Shown: positions 9,064-16,895, numbered from the stretch's first letter. The stretch: DNA of 39,453 nucleotides from an uncultured Burkholderiales Genera incertae sedis bacterium (GCA_905479505.1 CAJQMS010000075.1:1-39453), one strand, 5' to 3'. Notes: a model not told the origin generated them from the letters alone. Numbers and translations: made by a program.

Positions 9064-9904
9064 GCGACGTAGTTAGGAGCCGATTAACAATAGAGCCATT
9101 TCCCGTCGGATCAAGTCTTTTTAAAATCCAGCATCCGATAATATTCACAACGGATTCAAATTGATAAGGAGGGTTGATGATTAAAAGGCCACAGGCGTTC
9201 ATCCTTCCAGCAAAATTAGCATTGGACAAATGAATCTCTGCTTGGAGCAACAATTTACTGCTATGTAACTGAAGTTTTTTAATTAATTCGTTACCACCCT
9301 CTCCATCTATCACCGGGTACCAAATGACGAAGACTCCGCTTGCGAACTTTCTTAGACCAACTTCAAGAGAAGCGGCAATTCGACTAAATTCATCTTTACG
9401 GTCATAAGAAGGATCCATGAACACTAGCCCTCTGCGTTCAGATGGTGGCAAGACAGAGTTTGTTAAAGAAAAACCGTCCTCATTACGTATCGAAGTCCGA
9501 GACCAATTTTTAGTAAGCGCTTTTAATTGAACTGAGTCTGATTTATTTAACTCATTGAGCACTAATCGGTCTTGCGGGCGCAATAGACTATGTGCGACGA
9601 CTGGAGATCCTGGATAACAGCTAAGCATATCGCCATCATTCTGCTGTTTTAATACCGATATGTACGCCTCCATTTTTTCTGGATAGTCATCCGCAGCAAA
9701 TATACGACTGACACCAAATTCATACTCTTTATTTTTCCCCGCCCAAGGGTGAGATAAATCATAAACACCTAACCCCGCATGAGTATCCACATATACGAAC
9801 GATCGGTCTTTTTTTTGGAGCGTTAAAATTAATTGTGACAAAAGAGCATGCTTAAATACATCTGCAAAATTACCTGCATGAAAATGATGTCTATATGCAT
9901 ACAT
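9050..9904 (-). CDS. rlmJ: 23S rRNA (adenine2030-N6)-methyltransferase RlmJ family
   Basis: The N-terminus MYAYRHHFHAGNFADVFKHALLSQLILTLQKKDRSFVYVDTHAGLGVYDL closely parallels E. coli RlmJ (MLSYRHSFHAGNHADVLKH...LDTHAGAGRY). Length is 284 aa. An NPPY-type catalytic motif (IINPPYQ) lies near the C-terminus. Confidence 0.85.
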   Translation of the reverse strand: MYAYRHHFHAGNFADVFKHALLSQLILTLQKKDRSFVYVDTHAGLGVYDLSHPWAGKNKEYEFGVSRIFAADDYPEKMEAYISVLKQQNDGDMLSCYPGSPVVAHSLLRPQDRLVLNELNKSDSVQLKALTKNWSRTSIRNEDGFSLTNSVLPPSERRGLVFMDPSYDRKDEFSRIAASLEVGLRKFASGVFVIWYPVIDGEGGNELIKKLQLHSSKLLLQAEIHLSNANFAGRMNACGLLIINPPYQFESVVNIIGCWILKRLDPTGNGSIVNRLLTTSLESK

Positions 9905-9925
9905 TTTTTAAGTCAGCCATTACAC

Positions 9926-10282
9926 TTAACTGAACTCAGTATATTTTTTAGCATTACCTTTACTCAAGGCAACAGGATATTTTTTTTCGTTTATTACTAA
10001 CTTCTGCTCTGCTGAGTCTATTAGGTCTATGTCTAAAATATCAGCTATACGGATTAAATAAAGAAAAATATCTGCCAACTCCAACGAGACGTCCAACTTC
10101 TTTGGCGTATCAAGAAGATACGAATCAGACTCGCTTAACCATTGAAAATGCTCCATTAACTCACAAGCCTCCACAGTCAAGGCCATTGAAATGTTCTTAG
10201 GACTATGAAATTTTTCCCAATCACGTTCTCGCGCAAATTGATTTAGCCTAGTGGCTAGAGACAGCAAAGCGTCTTTAGTCAT
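9926..10282 (-). CDS. MazG-like nucleotide pyrophosphohydrolase (small all-alpha NTP-PPase, dCTPase/XTP3TPA-like)
   Basis: 118 aa with FARERDWEKFHSPKNISMALTVEACELMEHFQW ... ELADIFLYLIRIADILDIDL ... KKYP. This is the EExxE/ExxD helical-pair pattern of MazG-type house-cleaning enzymes. Confidence 0.8.
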   Translation of the reverse strand: MTKDALLSLATRLNQFARERDWEKFHSPKNISMALTVEACELMEHFQWLSESDSYLLDTPKKLDVSLELADIFLYLIRIADILDIDLIDSAEQKLVINEKKYPVALSKGNAKKYTEFS

Positions 10283-10297
10283 TGTGAAATTGACTCG

Positions 10298-11086
10298 TTA
10301 TGTTTCTGAACTCGAGTCTGAATTCGAATCTGAACTCGAGTCTGAATTTGAGCCTGCCTGCGAGTCAACAGGCTTTCTCGGAAATCGTCTGCCAGAACCT
10401 CTCCTTCGCCTTTGTCCTGGCGACTTAGGGTTTCTGGGCTTTCCGTTTGATTCATTGTTTGGCCCCGAGTTGGATTCGTTTCCAGTTGCATTTGGTTCTG
10501 CTGTTTTCCTATTTTGCGGTCTTGAGTTGCTCCGTTTTTTTGGACCTAAGCCCAAGAGGGCGCGCATTGACTCATAACCAAAACGTTGACCCCGTTCCGA
10601 CGAGCTAGCATTCGGGCCGATCACATGCAAACTCATTAACCCCTTTTCCTTGGTAAAGTCTGCGATAACCTTTCCAGCTTGACCGGGTTGGAGCTCACCA
10701 CCGTCGATTAAACGGTATGGTTTTCCCAACTGAACACAGTAATCAAGAGCTTCCTCCGGCTCATCTTCAATATCCATGAAATAAATGATAGCCGTCCCAT
10801 CACTGTCTTTAACGTTTTGACGTATCGTGTCTCCAGTATCGGCAGCTGGGAGTTCCGTTACAGGATAGTTATCAGGAATAAATCCATCCTCAGCCATTCT
10901 TCCCTCAACACATGAACCACCACAATCCGTTCCTAATTCGAGGGCTGCGTCCAGCACCCCCCGGCTGACGCCTGTTTGTGCATTCGTAAGAATCTTCAAG
11001 CGACCACTTTGCAATCCGGATATTCCAGTTTGTCCTGAAGGTCTACTTTTTTTGATAAAACGAGAATCTCTATTATTTCTTGGCAC
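10298..11086 (-). CDS. cpYpsA-type SLOG-superfamily protein (formerly 'putative molybdenum carrier', PF12694-like) with an 82-aa disordered basic-then-acidic tail
   Basis: Core sequence: LKILTNAQTGVSRGVLDAALELGTDCGGSCVEGRMAEDGFIPDNYPVTELPAADTGDTIRQNVKDSDGTAIIYF...LHVIGPNASS. It matches the family pattern (SGGQTGxDRAALD...GGWCPKGR.AEDG.IP..Y.L.E....Y..RT..NV.DSDGT), with diverged residues TNAQTG and GGSCVEGR. GTG start at 11086 with the SD-like GAGG 6 nt upstream. The tail (residues 181-262) is Arg/Lys/Asn/Ser-rich and ends in (SDSS/SDSN) repeats. Confidence 0.7.
   Translation of the reverse strand: MPRNNRDSRFIKKSRPSGQTGISGLQSGRLKILTNAQTGVSRGVLDAALELGTDCGGSCVEGRMAEDGFIPDNYPVTELPAADTGDTIRQNVKDSDGTAIIYFMDIEDEPEEALDYCVQLGKPYRLIDGGELQPGQAGKVIADFTKEKGLMSLHVIGPNASSSERGQRFGYESMRALLGLGPKKRSNSRPQNRKTAEPNATGNESNSGPNNESNGKPRNPKSPGQRRRRGSGRRFPRKPVDSQAGSNSDSSSDSNSDSSSET
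10305..10352. repeat. 4 x 12-bp in-frame tandem repeat (tctgaaCTCGAG / tctgaaTTCGAA / tctgaaCTCGAG / tctgaaTTTGAG) encoding the Ser/Asp C-terminal tail of the SLOG protein
   Basis: Direct reading of the sequence. The units differ at only 1-3 positions. On the minus strand they translate to ...SNSDSSSDSNSDSSSET. Confidence 0.9.
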
Positions 11087-11408
11087 CTAAACCTCGATCA
11101 GCAGGAACTATAAAAAAACGCGAGCACCCTGCATGCGTGCATCTTCGTTCATAAACTACAAAAAAACGCTATCTCTTATCTCTAAACATTTCCTGGCTTC
11201 GGATCACAGACTGAAAGCATGTTCAAACACAATATGCGCTCCGTAGCGATTGTGCTCGGCCCCAGCCTATTTTGAGTTTTTCAATGTCCTGTAAGTTGCG
11301 TTCCGAGGACCCTCTGGTCACACATCGAGGCGGTTATTGACATTAACCACTACCTCTTTACTCGGATTTGTTCACAAAACTTAAGGCAAGCTTAGTTTTC
11401 TAGGCACC

Positions 11409-11436
11409 AATGTAACACTTTTAACAGTACTGTCAA
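11409..11436 (-). promoter_or_regulatory. Candidate sigma70 promoter for the SLOG-MazG-rlmJ-nuclease operon
   Basis: Minus-strand reading: TTGACA (11436-11431), a 16-nt spacer ending in TGT (extended -10), then TACATT (11414-11409). It would give a ~315-nt untranslated leader before the GTG at 11086. This is a motif match only. Confidence 0.35.
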
Positions 11437-11585
11437 ATTTTAATCGATCTCAAGATTACTATCACGACCAAACCTTGGTTTCAGAATGAACCGTCACTTA
11501 GCCTTTGTCTAACCTCCTCACGTTTGATATCCTAACCACTCTAATTTGAACTTAAGAAATTGACTAGGCAAAGAGGGACAGATTT

Positions 11586-11981
11586 ATGGCTAACGAAAAA
11601 AAATCCATCGAAGAGCTTGTAATGGATCCAACAGAATTATTCCGTGAGGAGAGCATAACTGACCGAAAAGTTGGAACAATTAGAGTTTTAACTCCGATCA
11701 GTACTGATGGCAAGCAGGACCCGAATCGGCAGACGGTTTACGCGGGGGAAACACAAATTATGACGCCGATGGGAGCCTTACCAATTGCCTTTCAAATTGA
11801 GGCCGACTCTTTGGCAACCGCCGTCGAGCGTTACGGTGATGCGGGTAAAGCCGCTGTTGAAAAAGCAGTAAAAGAGCTTCAAGAAATGAGAAGAGAGCAA
11901 GCGTCTTCTATAGTGCTGCCTGGCGGCGCACAAAGCGGCATGTCAGGTGGTGGGCCTGGCGGCGGTTTAACGATGCCATAA
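11586..11981 (+). CDS. Conserved hypothetical cytoplasmic protein with Gly-rich C-terminal tail
   Basis: 131-aa ORF with SD-like AGAGGGA 6 nt upstream of the ATG. The sequence LFREESITDRKVGTIRVLTPI...IMTPMGALPIAFQIEADSL...AVKELQEMRRE resembles small uncharacterised proteobacterial proteins. I could not assign a family name with confidence. Confidence 0.6.
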   Translation: MANEKKSIEELVMDPTELFREESITDRKVGTIRVLTPISTDGKQDPNRQTVYAGETQIMTPMGALPIAFQIEADSLATAVERYGDAGKAAVEKAVKELQEMRREQASSIVLPGGAQSGMSGGGPGGGLTMP

Positions 11982-11995
11982 GCGCATTCATCCTT

Positions 11996-13192
11996 TTAAG
12001 ACGACCCATCCGAAACAGCATGGGACTGCATCAGAGCGTCAATTTCAGCTTCGTCGTAGGAAAGTTCTCTTAACACCTCCCGTGTATGCTGACCCAGCGT
12101 GGGGGCAGGTGTGACTCGATCTGGCGTTGAATGAGACCAATTACTTGGTGTTTTCGTCGCGTATAAGCTGCCCTCAGTAGGGTGCTCCTCATCAATGAAA
12201 AAACCGGTCTCCCGTAAATGCTCATCAGACATCAAATCATCAACGGCATTCATCCTTGCCACCGGCACGTCAACACTTTCAAAAAACATCAACCAATGGT
12301 CAGTGGTGTCCTTTTTGATAATTTCTGACAACAAATCATAGATCTCACCAATATTTTCTGCTCTAGCCGGATGCGATATAAACTTCGGATCCTTCATCAT
12401 TTCGGGCTGATTCATTGCGGACCAAAATCTAGTCCATTGAGCCTCGTTATAGACTAAAGCACAAATAAAGCCATTTTTTGTTTCATATACTCTTCGATGT
12501 TTTAATCGCTCATAGCCAGAAGGGCCAATGGGTGGATTGAAACTTAAACCAGCCATGTGATCACCCAACACAAAATGTGAAATCGTCTCAAACATGGGAA
12601 TTTCTATCGATTGACCTCGTCCCGACTTTTCCCTTTGGTAAAGCGCGGAGGTCACCGCATAAACTGCGTGAAGCCCGGTAACTCGATCAGCAAAATTAAG
12701 AGGCACGTATCGCGGCGTTTCTTTTCCACCTTTGGATACGAGCCAAGGCACCCCTGTGCCCCCTTGGATTAAATCGTCATATGCGGCCTTCCCGGCTCTA
12801 GGGCCTTTTTCAGAGTAGCCATAAGCACCCAGATAAATTATCTTAGAGTTAAGTGCGCTCACCTCCTCGTAGGAGAGACCTAGTCGAGCCATAGCTTGAG
12901 GCCTGACGTTATAAATTAACACGTCGCTACGTTTTATCAGCTTCTTAATAACCTCTATTCCAGAGGGGTGTTTTAAATCAACCGCAACGCCTTTTTTTCC
13001 ACGATTTAAATGGAGATGCAAATGCCCCATATGTGGATTCGCCATTGGCCCGACATCCCGCATATTGTCTCCTTTCAGAGACTCAACTTTAGTTACCTCC
13101 GCACCCAATTCAGCCAAAATTTGGGTCGCAAACGGGCCCATCACTACAGACGTTAAGTCTAGGATCTTGACCCCTTTAAGTGGACCTGCCAT
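11996..13192 (-). CDS. Family III CoA-transferase (CaiB/BaiF type)
   Basis: N-terminus MAGPLKGVKILDLTSVVMGPFATQILAELGAEVTKVE is the canonical family III CoA-transferase opening. Length is 398 aa. Confidence 0.85.
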   Translation of the reverse strand: MAGPLKGVKILDLTSVVMGPFATQILAELGAEVTKVESLKGDNMRDVGPMANPHMGHLHLHLNRGKKGVAVDLKHPSGIEVIKKLIKRSDVLIYNVRPQAMARLGLSYEEVSALNSKIIYLGAYGYSEKGPRAGKAAYDDLIQGGTGVPWLVSKGGKETPRYVPLNFADRVTGLHAVYAVTSALYQREKSGRGQSIEIPMFETISHFVLGDHMAGLSFNPPIGPSGYERLKHRRVYETKNGFICALVYNEAQWTRFWSAMNQPEMMKDPKFISHPARAENIGEIYDLLSEIIKKDTTDHWLMFFESVDVPVARMNAVDDLMSDEHLRETGFFIDEEHPTEGSLYATKTPSNWSHSTPDRVTPAPTLGQHTREVLRELSYDEAEIDALMQSHAVSDGSS

Positions 13193-13283
13193 GACCGTTC
13201 CTTTTTAAATTTTAACAATACTCACCAACGAGATTCGATTAAACGTCCCTCGAATTCAACAAAGTGGTATTAATACGAATTAA

Positions 13284-13529
13284 TTATGCGGGTGAAGCAG
13301 ATGGACGATCTTCCCGATGACGAAAGTTAATACGGGCCTTGGTTAAATCATACGGCGAAATTTCTACCGACACGCGATCACCTGCAGTGATTCTAATCCT
13401 GTTTTTTCGCATCTTTCCCGACGCATAGGCTATGACCTCAACGCCATTTTCAAGTTCTACTCGAAAAGTTGTATTCGGCAACACTTCCTGAACGGTGCCA
13501 TCCATTTCGATTAATTCTTCCTTCGCCAT
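13284..13529 (-). CDS. infA: Translation initiation factor IF-1, with a ~9-aa C-terminal extension
   Basis: [70 protein letters not shown] aligns almost residue-for-residue with E. coli IF-1. SD GAGGGG lies upstream. Confidence 0.9.
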   Translation of the reverse strand: MAKEELIEMDGTVQEVLPNTTFRVELENGVEVIAYASGKMRKNRIRITAGDRVSVEISPYDLTKARINFRHREDRPSASPA

Positions 13530-13545
13530 TCAAACCCCTCATTAT

Positions 13546-13562
13546 TTTAAGCGACGCTTAAA
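13546..13562. promoter_or_regulatory. Perfect 8+1+8 inverted repeat TTTAAGCG-A-CGCTTAAA in the infA 5' leader / divergent promoter region
   Basis: Read directly from the sequence. It lies 17-33 nt upstream of the infA start and about 6 nt upstream of its SD. It could be an operator or a weak leader hairpin. Function is unknown. Confidence 0.3.
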
Positions 13563-13717
13563 CATCGCTTTGTAAGTATAAATTTAATGTGTCCCTGCCT
13601 CCATTCTAACTTCAAAACCATTTTAGAGTCGGCCTCTCACCTAATCTACTTTGTTATGCGCCAGCAAAATTACTGAAGCCTCTAGTGTCGTGATACATTG
13701 GAAGAAAAAGGAATCCT

Positions 13718-14338
13718 ATGAATTTTTATGAGCGCCAAATACTTCCTCCGATTTTAAACTGCGTCTGCGGTTTACCGTTACTCAATGGATATAGAGAGGG
13801 CATCGTAAAAAGAGCAAGGGGTTCCGTACTTGAAATTGGTTTAGGATCTTCATTAAACACGAAATTTTATGCTCACGAGCAAGTTACAGAAATAACTGGC
13901 ATCGATCCTAACGAGTCGCTACTGCAAATCGCAGCGCAAAATGAGTCGCCTCATCAGGGCAAAATCAACCTTATCCGCGCGGTTTCGGAGCGCTTACCAT
14001 TTGAAAATAATCGATTCGATTCGGCAGTTGTCACCTTCTCACTTTGCACCATTCCTGAGCCAGTTTTAGCTCTAGAAGAAATTAAGAGAGTTCTTAGGCC
14101 GGGCGGAGACCTTCATTTTTGCGAGCACGGGCTGAGTGATAGCCCTAAAGTTCAAAAGTGGCAAAGATGGTTGGAACCGTTATGGAAACCTTTAGCTGGA
14201 GGGTGTCACTTGAAGCGCGATATTTTTTCTCTTATTAGTGCGACTGGTTTCAAACTTCATGACCACGAAACGATGTACGTAAAAAATATTCCAAAGTTCA
14301 TTGGTTACATTTACAAAGGTTCAGCAAAAAAAAATTAA
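13718..14338 (+). CDS. Class I SAM-dependent methyltransferase (Methyltransf_11-like)
   Basis: Motif I VLEIGLGSSLN, the post-I acidic residue in ITGIDPN, and LRPGGDLHFCEHG. Length is 206 aa. Confidence 0.75.
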   Translation: MNFYERQILPPILNCVCGLPLLNGYREGIVKRARGSVLEIGLGSSLNTKFYAHEQVTEITGIDPNESLLQIAAQNESPHQGKINLIRAVSERLPFENNRFDSAVVTFSLCTIPEPVLALEEIKRVLRPGGDLHFCEHGLSDSPKVQKWQRWLEPLWKPLAGGCHLKRDIFSLISATGFKLHDHETMYVKNIPKFIGYIYKGSAKKN

Positions 14339-14346
14339 TGCCTCGT

Positions 14347-15873
14347 TTAAGCTAGCATCTTTCTCAGGTTAGTTTTTAATACTTTTCCGTAGTTGTTCTT
14401 TGGCAAAGATTCAAGAAAATAATATTTTTTGGGTCTTTTAAATCTTGCAATGTGGTCGATACAGAATTGGTCTAGTGTATGTTCATCAGGCTCAGCATTT
14501 GGAACCATGACTACAAACGCCACAACACTCTCACCCCAATCGCCGCTAAACTGTCCCACAACGGCCGCCTCACTGACCAATGGATGTGCCAACAGCACCT
14601 CTTCAACTTCTCGAGGATAGATGTTCGACCCACCACTTATAATCATATCTTTAGCGCGGTCAACCAATGTAAGGAATCCATCAGCGTCAATGAATCCGAT
14701 ATCACCCGTATGCAACCAACCCTCCCTCCAAGTAGCTTGCGTAGCCTCTTTATCATTCCAATAACCTGCAGCTACGACCGGGCCTTTGACAAGAACCTCA
14801 CCCATTTCGCCGTTTGGAACGTCCGTGCCATCCTCACGTTGTATTTTCATTGTCACCACATTCTGTGCCGTTCCAACAGAACCTAGCCGCTCTTGATGTC
14901 TCGGATTCGTAGCGTCGTTGATAACCGCCTTGGTTAAAACGGTTATTGTCATCGGTGACTCGCCTTGACCGTAAATTTGTACAAAATGTGGCCCTAAAGT
15001 CTCAATTGCCCATTTAATGTCCTGAACATACATTGGTCCGCCGCCATATATGATAGTTTTCAATCCATTAGTTGTGAATTTTTCACTCTGATAAAGCTCC
15101 GCTAATCGCTTAACCATAGTCGGGGCTAAGAACATGGATACGCCCTGCCAACTCTCCAACAACTCACACACCTCACTCGGCACAAAGCGTCCGCTGTTAG
15201 GTATTACTTGGTTAGCACCTCTCATAACATACGGGAGGTCATAAAAACCAGAGCCATGAGATAGAGGTGCTGCGTGAAAAATACTATCTGACGCCTCCAC
15301 ATCATTGACATCAGTTAGGAAGGTCATTGCACCTATGAGTAAATTGTGGTGCGTGATCATCACGCCCTTGGGTTTCCCGGTAGTTCCACTGGTGTAGAAG
15401 AGCCACGCAATATCGCCAGACCCTCTCTCCTCAATTTCAATTGCCTGACGTGCTTTTGTCATATCTCGATACTCTTCCGATTCCACGTCAATTACGGAGA
15501 CTGTAGTCTGGCGTGCATAAGAATCGGAAGTTAGAGTTTGTGTCAACTGAGTCAGCGTAAAACATGCACTCGACCCGGAATGATTCAACATATAGCTTAT
15601 TTCTAAACCATGGAGCTTGGAGTTAATGGGGACAACCGTTAAACCTGCAAACCAAGCTGCATATCTAATAACAAGATACTCAGGGTGATTTGGCATCACT
15701 ATTGCGACTCGGTCTCCAGGCTTTAAGAGAAGCTTCTGTTGCATTGAAGCTGCAAGATAGCTTACCCGGAGATAAAGGGACCGGAAGGTATAGAGCACTT
15801 CAGAGCCTATTGATATCGCTGACCGGTCAGGATATTTTTGAGAGGCTTTAAGCAAAATGTTGGCGATATTCAT
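14347..15873 (-). CDS. AMP-forming acyl-CoA synthetase / fatty-acid-CoA ligase
   Basis: AMP-binding signature FYTSGTTGKPKGVMITHHNL, later motifs YGQGE and GWLHTGDIGFIDADGFLTLVDRAKDMIISGGSNIYPREVEE, and a terminal lysine motif (NNYGKVLK). Confidence 0.9.
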   Translation of the reverse strand: MNIANILLKASQKYPDRSAISIGSEVLYTFRSLYLRVSYLAASMQQKLLLKPGDRVAIVMPNHPEYLVIRYAAWFAGLTVVPINSKLHGLEISYMLNHSGSSACFTLTQLTQTLTSDSYARQTTVSVIDVESEEYRDMTKARQAIEIEERGSGDIAWLFYTSGTTGKPKGVMITHHNLLIGAMTFLTDVNDVEASDSIFHAAPLSHGSGFYDLPYVMRGANQVIPNSGRFVPSEVCELLESWQGVSMFLAPTMVKRLAELYQSEKFTTNGLKTIIYGGGPMYVQDIKWAIETLGPHFVQIYGQGESPMTITVLTKAVINDATNPRHQERLGSVGTAQNVVTMKIQREDGTDVPNGEMGEVLVKGPVVAAGYWNDKEATQATWREGWLHTGDIGFIDADGFLTLVDRAKDMIISGGSNIYPREVEEVLLAHPLVSEAAVVGQFSGDWGESVVAFVVMVPNAEPDEHTLDQFCIDHIARFKRPKKYYFLESLPKNNYGKVLKTNLRKMLA

Positions 15874-15975
15874 TTGTATATAAAACTAGTTAACGAGCTC
15901 TCAGTCTTGGGTCATCGTGGTACATTATTAATCGTAAGAAAGTCAAAAATCAAACCTGCAGCGAAGGAGCACTCT

Positions 15976-16521
15976 ATGAAACTAAAATATGCACTCGGTA
16001 TTTTCTCTTGCTTTCTCTTAATGTGGACACCTTTACTGCACTCGGCTGAAGCGCCAGAGTTAAGCGTCAGACAAGCTATCCAGATTAATGCTCCAGCTAA
16101 TGAAGTATGGGACGTTGTGAGTGACTTTGGAGGCATTCACAATTGGCTTATTTTCATCAAGGACACAAAAATCACGCTAGGTAAAAACAGACAAAAGGGA
16201 GCTATCCGTTTATTGACAAGGGGAAATGGCACCAAAATTGAGGAGCGCCTCGTCGCGTACGACCCTAGCAATATGACAGCCTCTTACTCTTATGTTCAAG
16301 GAGTTCCACTTTCGAGTGACTACTACTCCACTATGACAGTTAAAATTATCAATAAAGGCTTATCGCAGGTCGAATGGAAAGCTACTTTTAGACGGGTCCA
16401 CTATTGGAGAGATACGCCGCCAGGCGCAAGAGACGATGAAACTTTAGTTAAACTTTATAATAAAATCTACGAAGTCGGGCTCAAAGGTATTAAAGACAAA
16501 ATCGAGTCGGGCTCAATCTAA
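15976..16521 (+). CDS. Secreted SRPBCC (START/polyketide-cyclase-like) superfamily protein
   Basis: The track ORF starts at 15838, inside the neighbouring gene. The internal ATG at 15976 has AAGGAG 7 nt upstream and is followed by the signal peptide MKLKYALGIFSCFLLMWTPLLHSAEA. INAPANEVWDVVSDFGGIHNW is typical of SRPBCC proteins. Confidence 0.7.
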   Translation: MKLKYALGIFSCFLLMWTPLLHSAEAPELSVRQAIQINAPANEVWDVVSDFGGIHNWLIFIKDTKITLGKNRQKGAIRLLTRGNGTKIEERLVAYDPSNMTASYSYVQGVPLSSDYYSTMTVKIINKGLSQVEWKATFRRVHYWRDTPPGARDDETLVKLYNKIYEVGLKGIKDKIESGSI

Positions 16522-16595
16522 CATGCGCATAACAACGTCTTAGCAAGTACCATCCTTAATTTGCATGTTTTTAATGCCTTGGTGAGGAAGCATAT

Positions 16596-16895
16596 ATGGC
16601 AACTATCGTTCAATTTGAAAGTCGCATTGGGAATCTCATCATGTTTAAACAGCACGCCGTTCAACTGCTTAAATTGATGGGCCTATCCGGGGAAATCCCC
16701 AGTGCCATCAAGCCCATTGATATCCAAAATGCGGTCAATATGGCTCGCGCACACCCTGCTCTAGCGAGCAACTTATCGCAGCACTCTGACAAATCGGATA
16801 CGGAAACCAACATTTCACTCAGGGTCAGAGCGACACCTCTTCTTGACCTGATGGATAGAGCTCAAATCCGCAATTGTGAAGTGATATGGCGTTAA
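16596..16895 (+). CDS. DUF1840-family small protein
   Basis: 99 aa. The N-terminal F.S..G.LIMF...A..LL.LMG motif and the C-terminal LRVRATPLLDLMDRA....EVIW match my recollection of the DUF1840 pattern. SD GAGGAAG lies upstream. Confidence 0.55.
   Translation: MATIVQFESRIGNLIMFKQHAVQLLKLMGLSGEIPSAIKPIDIQNAVNMARAHPALASNLSQHSDKSDTETNISLRVRATPLLDLMDRAQIRNCEVIWR

Noticed and set aside
10305-10352. Tandem repeat considered as a possible CRISPR or other array
   Set aside because: The units are only 12 bp, contiguous with no spacers, in-frame and coding. No cas genes are present.
10251-10577. Track ORFs 10251..10577 (+) and 10279..10491 (-) with repetitive ELESEF / QTRVQIRIQ peptides
   Set aside because: They are alternative-frame readings of the 12-bp tandem repeat and low-complexity tail of the SLOG gene. 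The frame continuous with the conserved SLOG domain is the credible one.
11081-11096. TGGCAC motif suggesting a sigma54 -24 element pointing toward the 11586 gene
   Set aside because: The -12 position reads CCTC instead of TTGC. The motif overlaps the GTG start codon of the SLOG gene, and no enhancer-binding protein is nearby.
11133-11340. Small plus-strand ORFs in the long intergenic region (37 aa from 11133; 18 aa from 11219; 18 aa from 11284)
   Set aside because: They have no Shine-Dalgarno sequences and no recognisable peptide features. They are indistinguishable from chance ORFs without conservation data.
14429-15534. Antisense track ORFs inside the acyl-CoA synthetase gene. Analogous ones occur inside the TRAP permease (19989..21101), the SDRs (17062..17580, 32026..32424), dadA (30535..31443), the crotonase (28642..29094) and apbE (37950..38578).
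   Set aside because: Each overlaps a strongly motif-supported gene on the opposite strand or in another frame, and none shows a family signature. They are typical shadow ORFs.
15838-15975. N-terminal extensions of track ORFs (15838, 29390, 32447, 34105, 23387, 24216, 29545)
   Set aside because: The extensions overlap neighbouring genes or lack an SD. Internal starts with good SD motifs and family-typical N-termini are preferred, as noted in the features.
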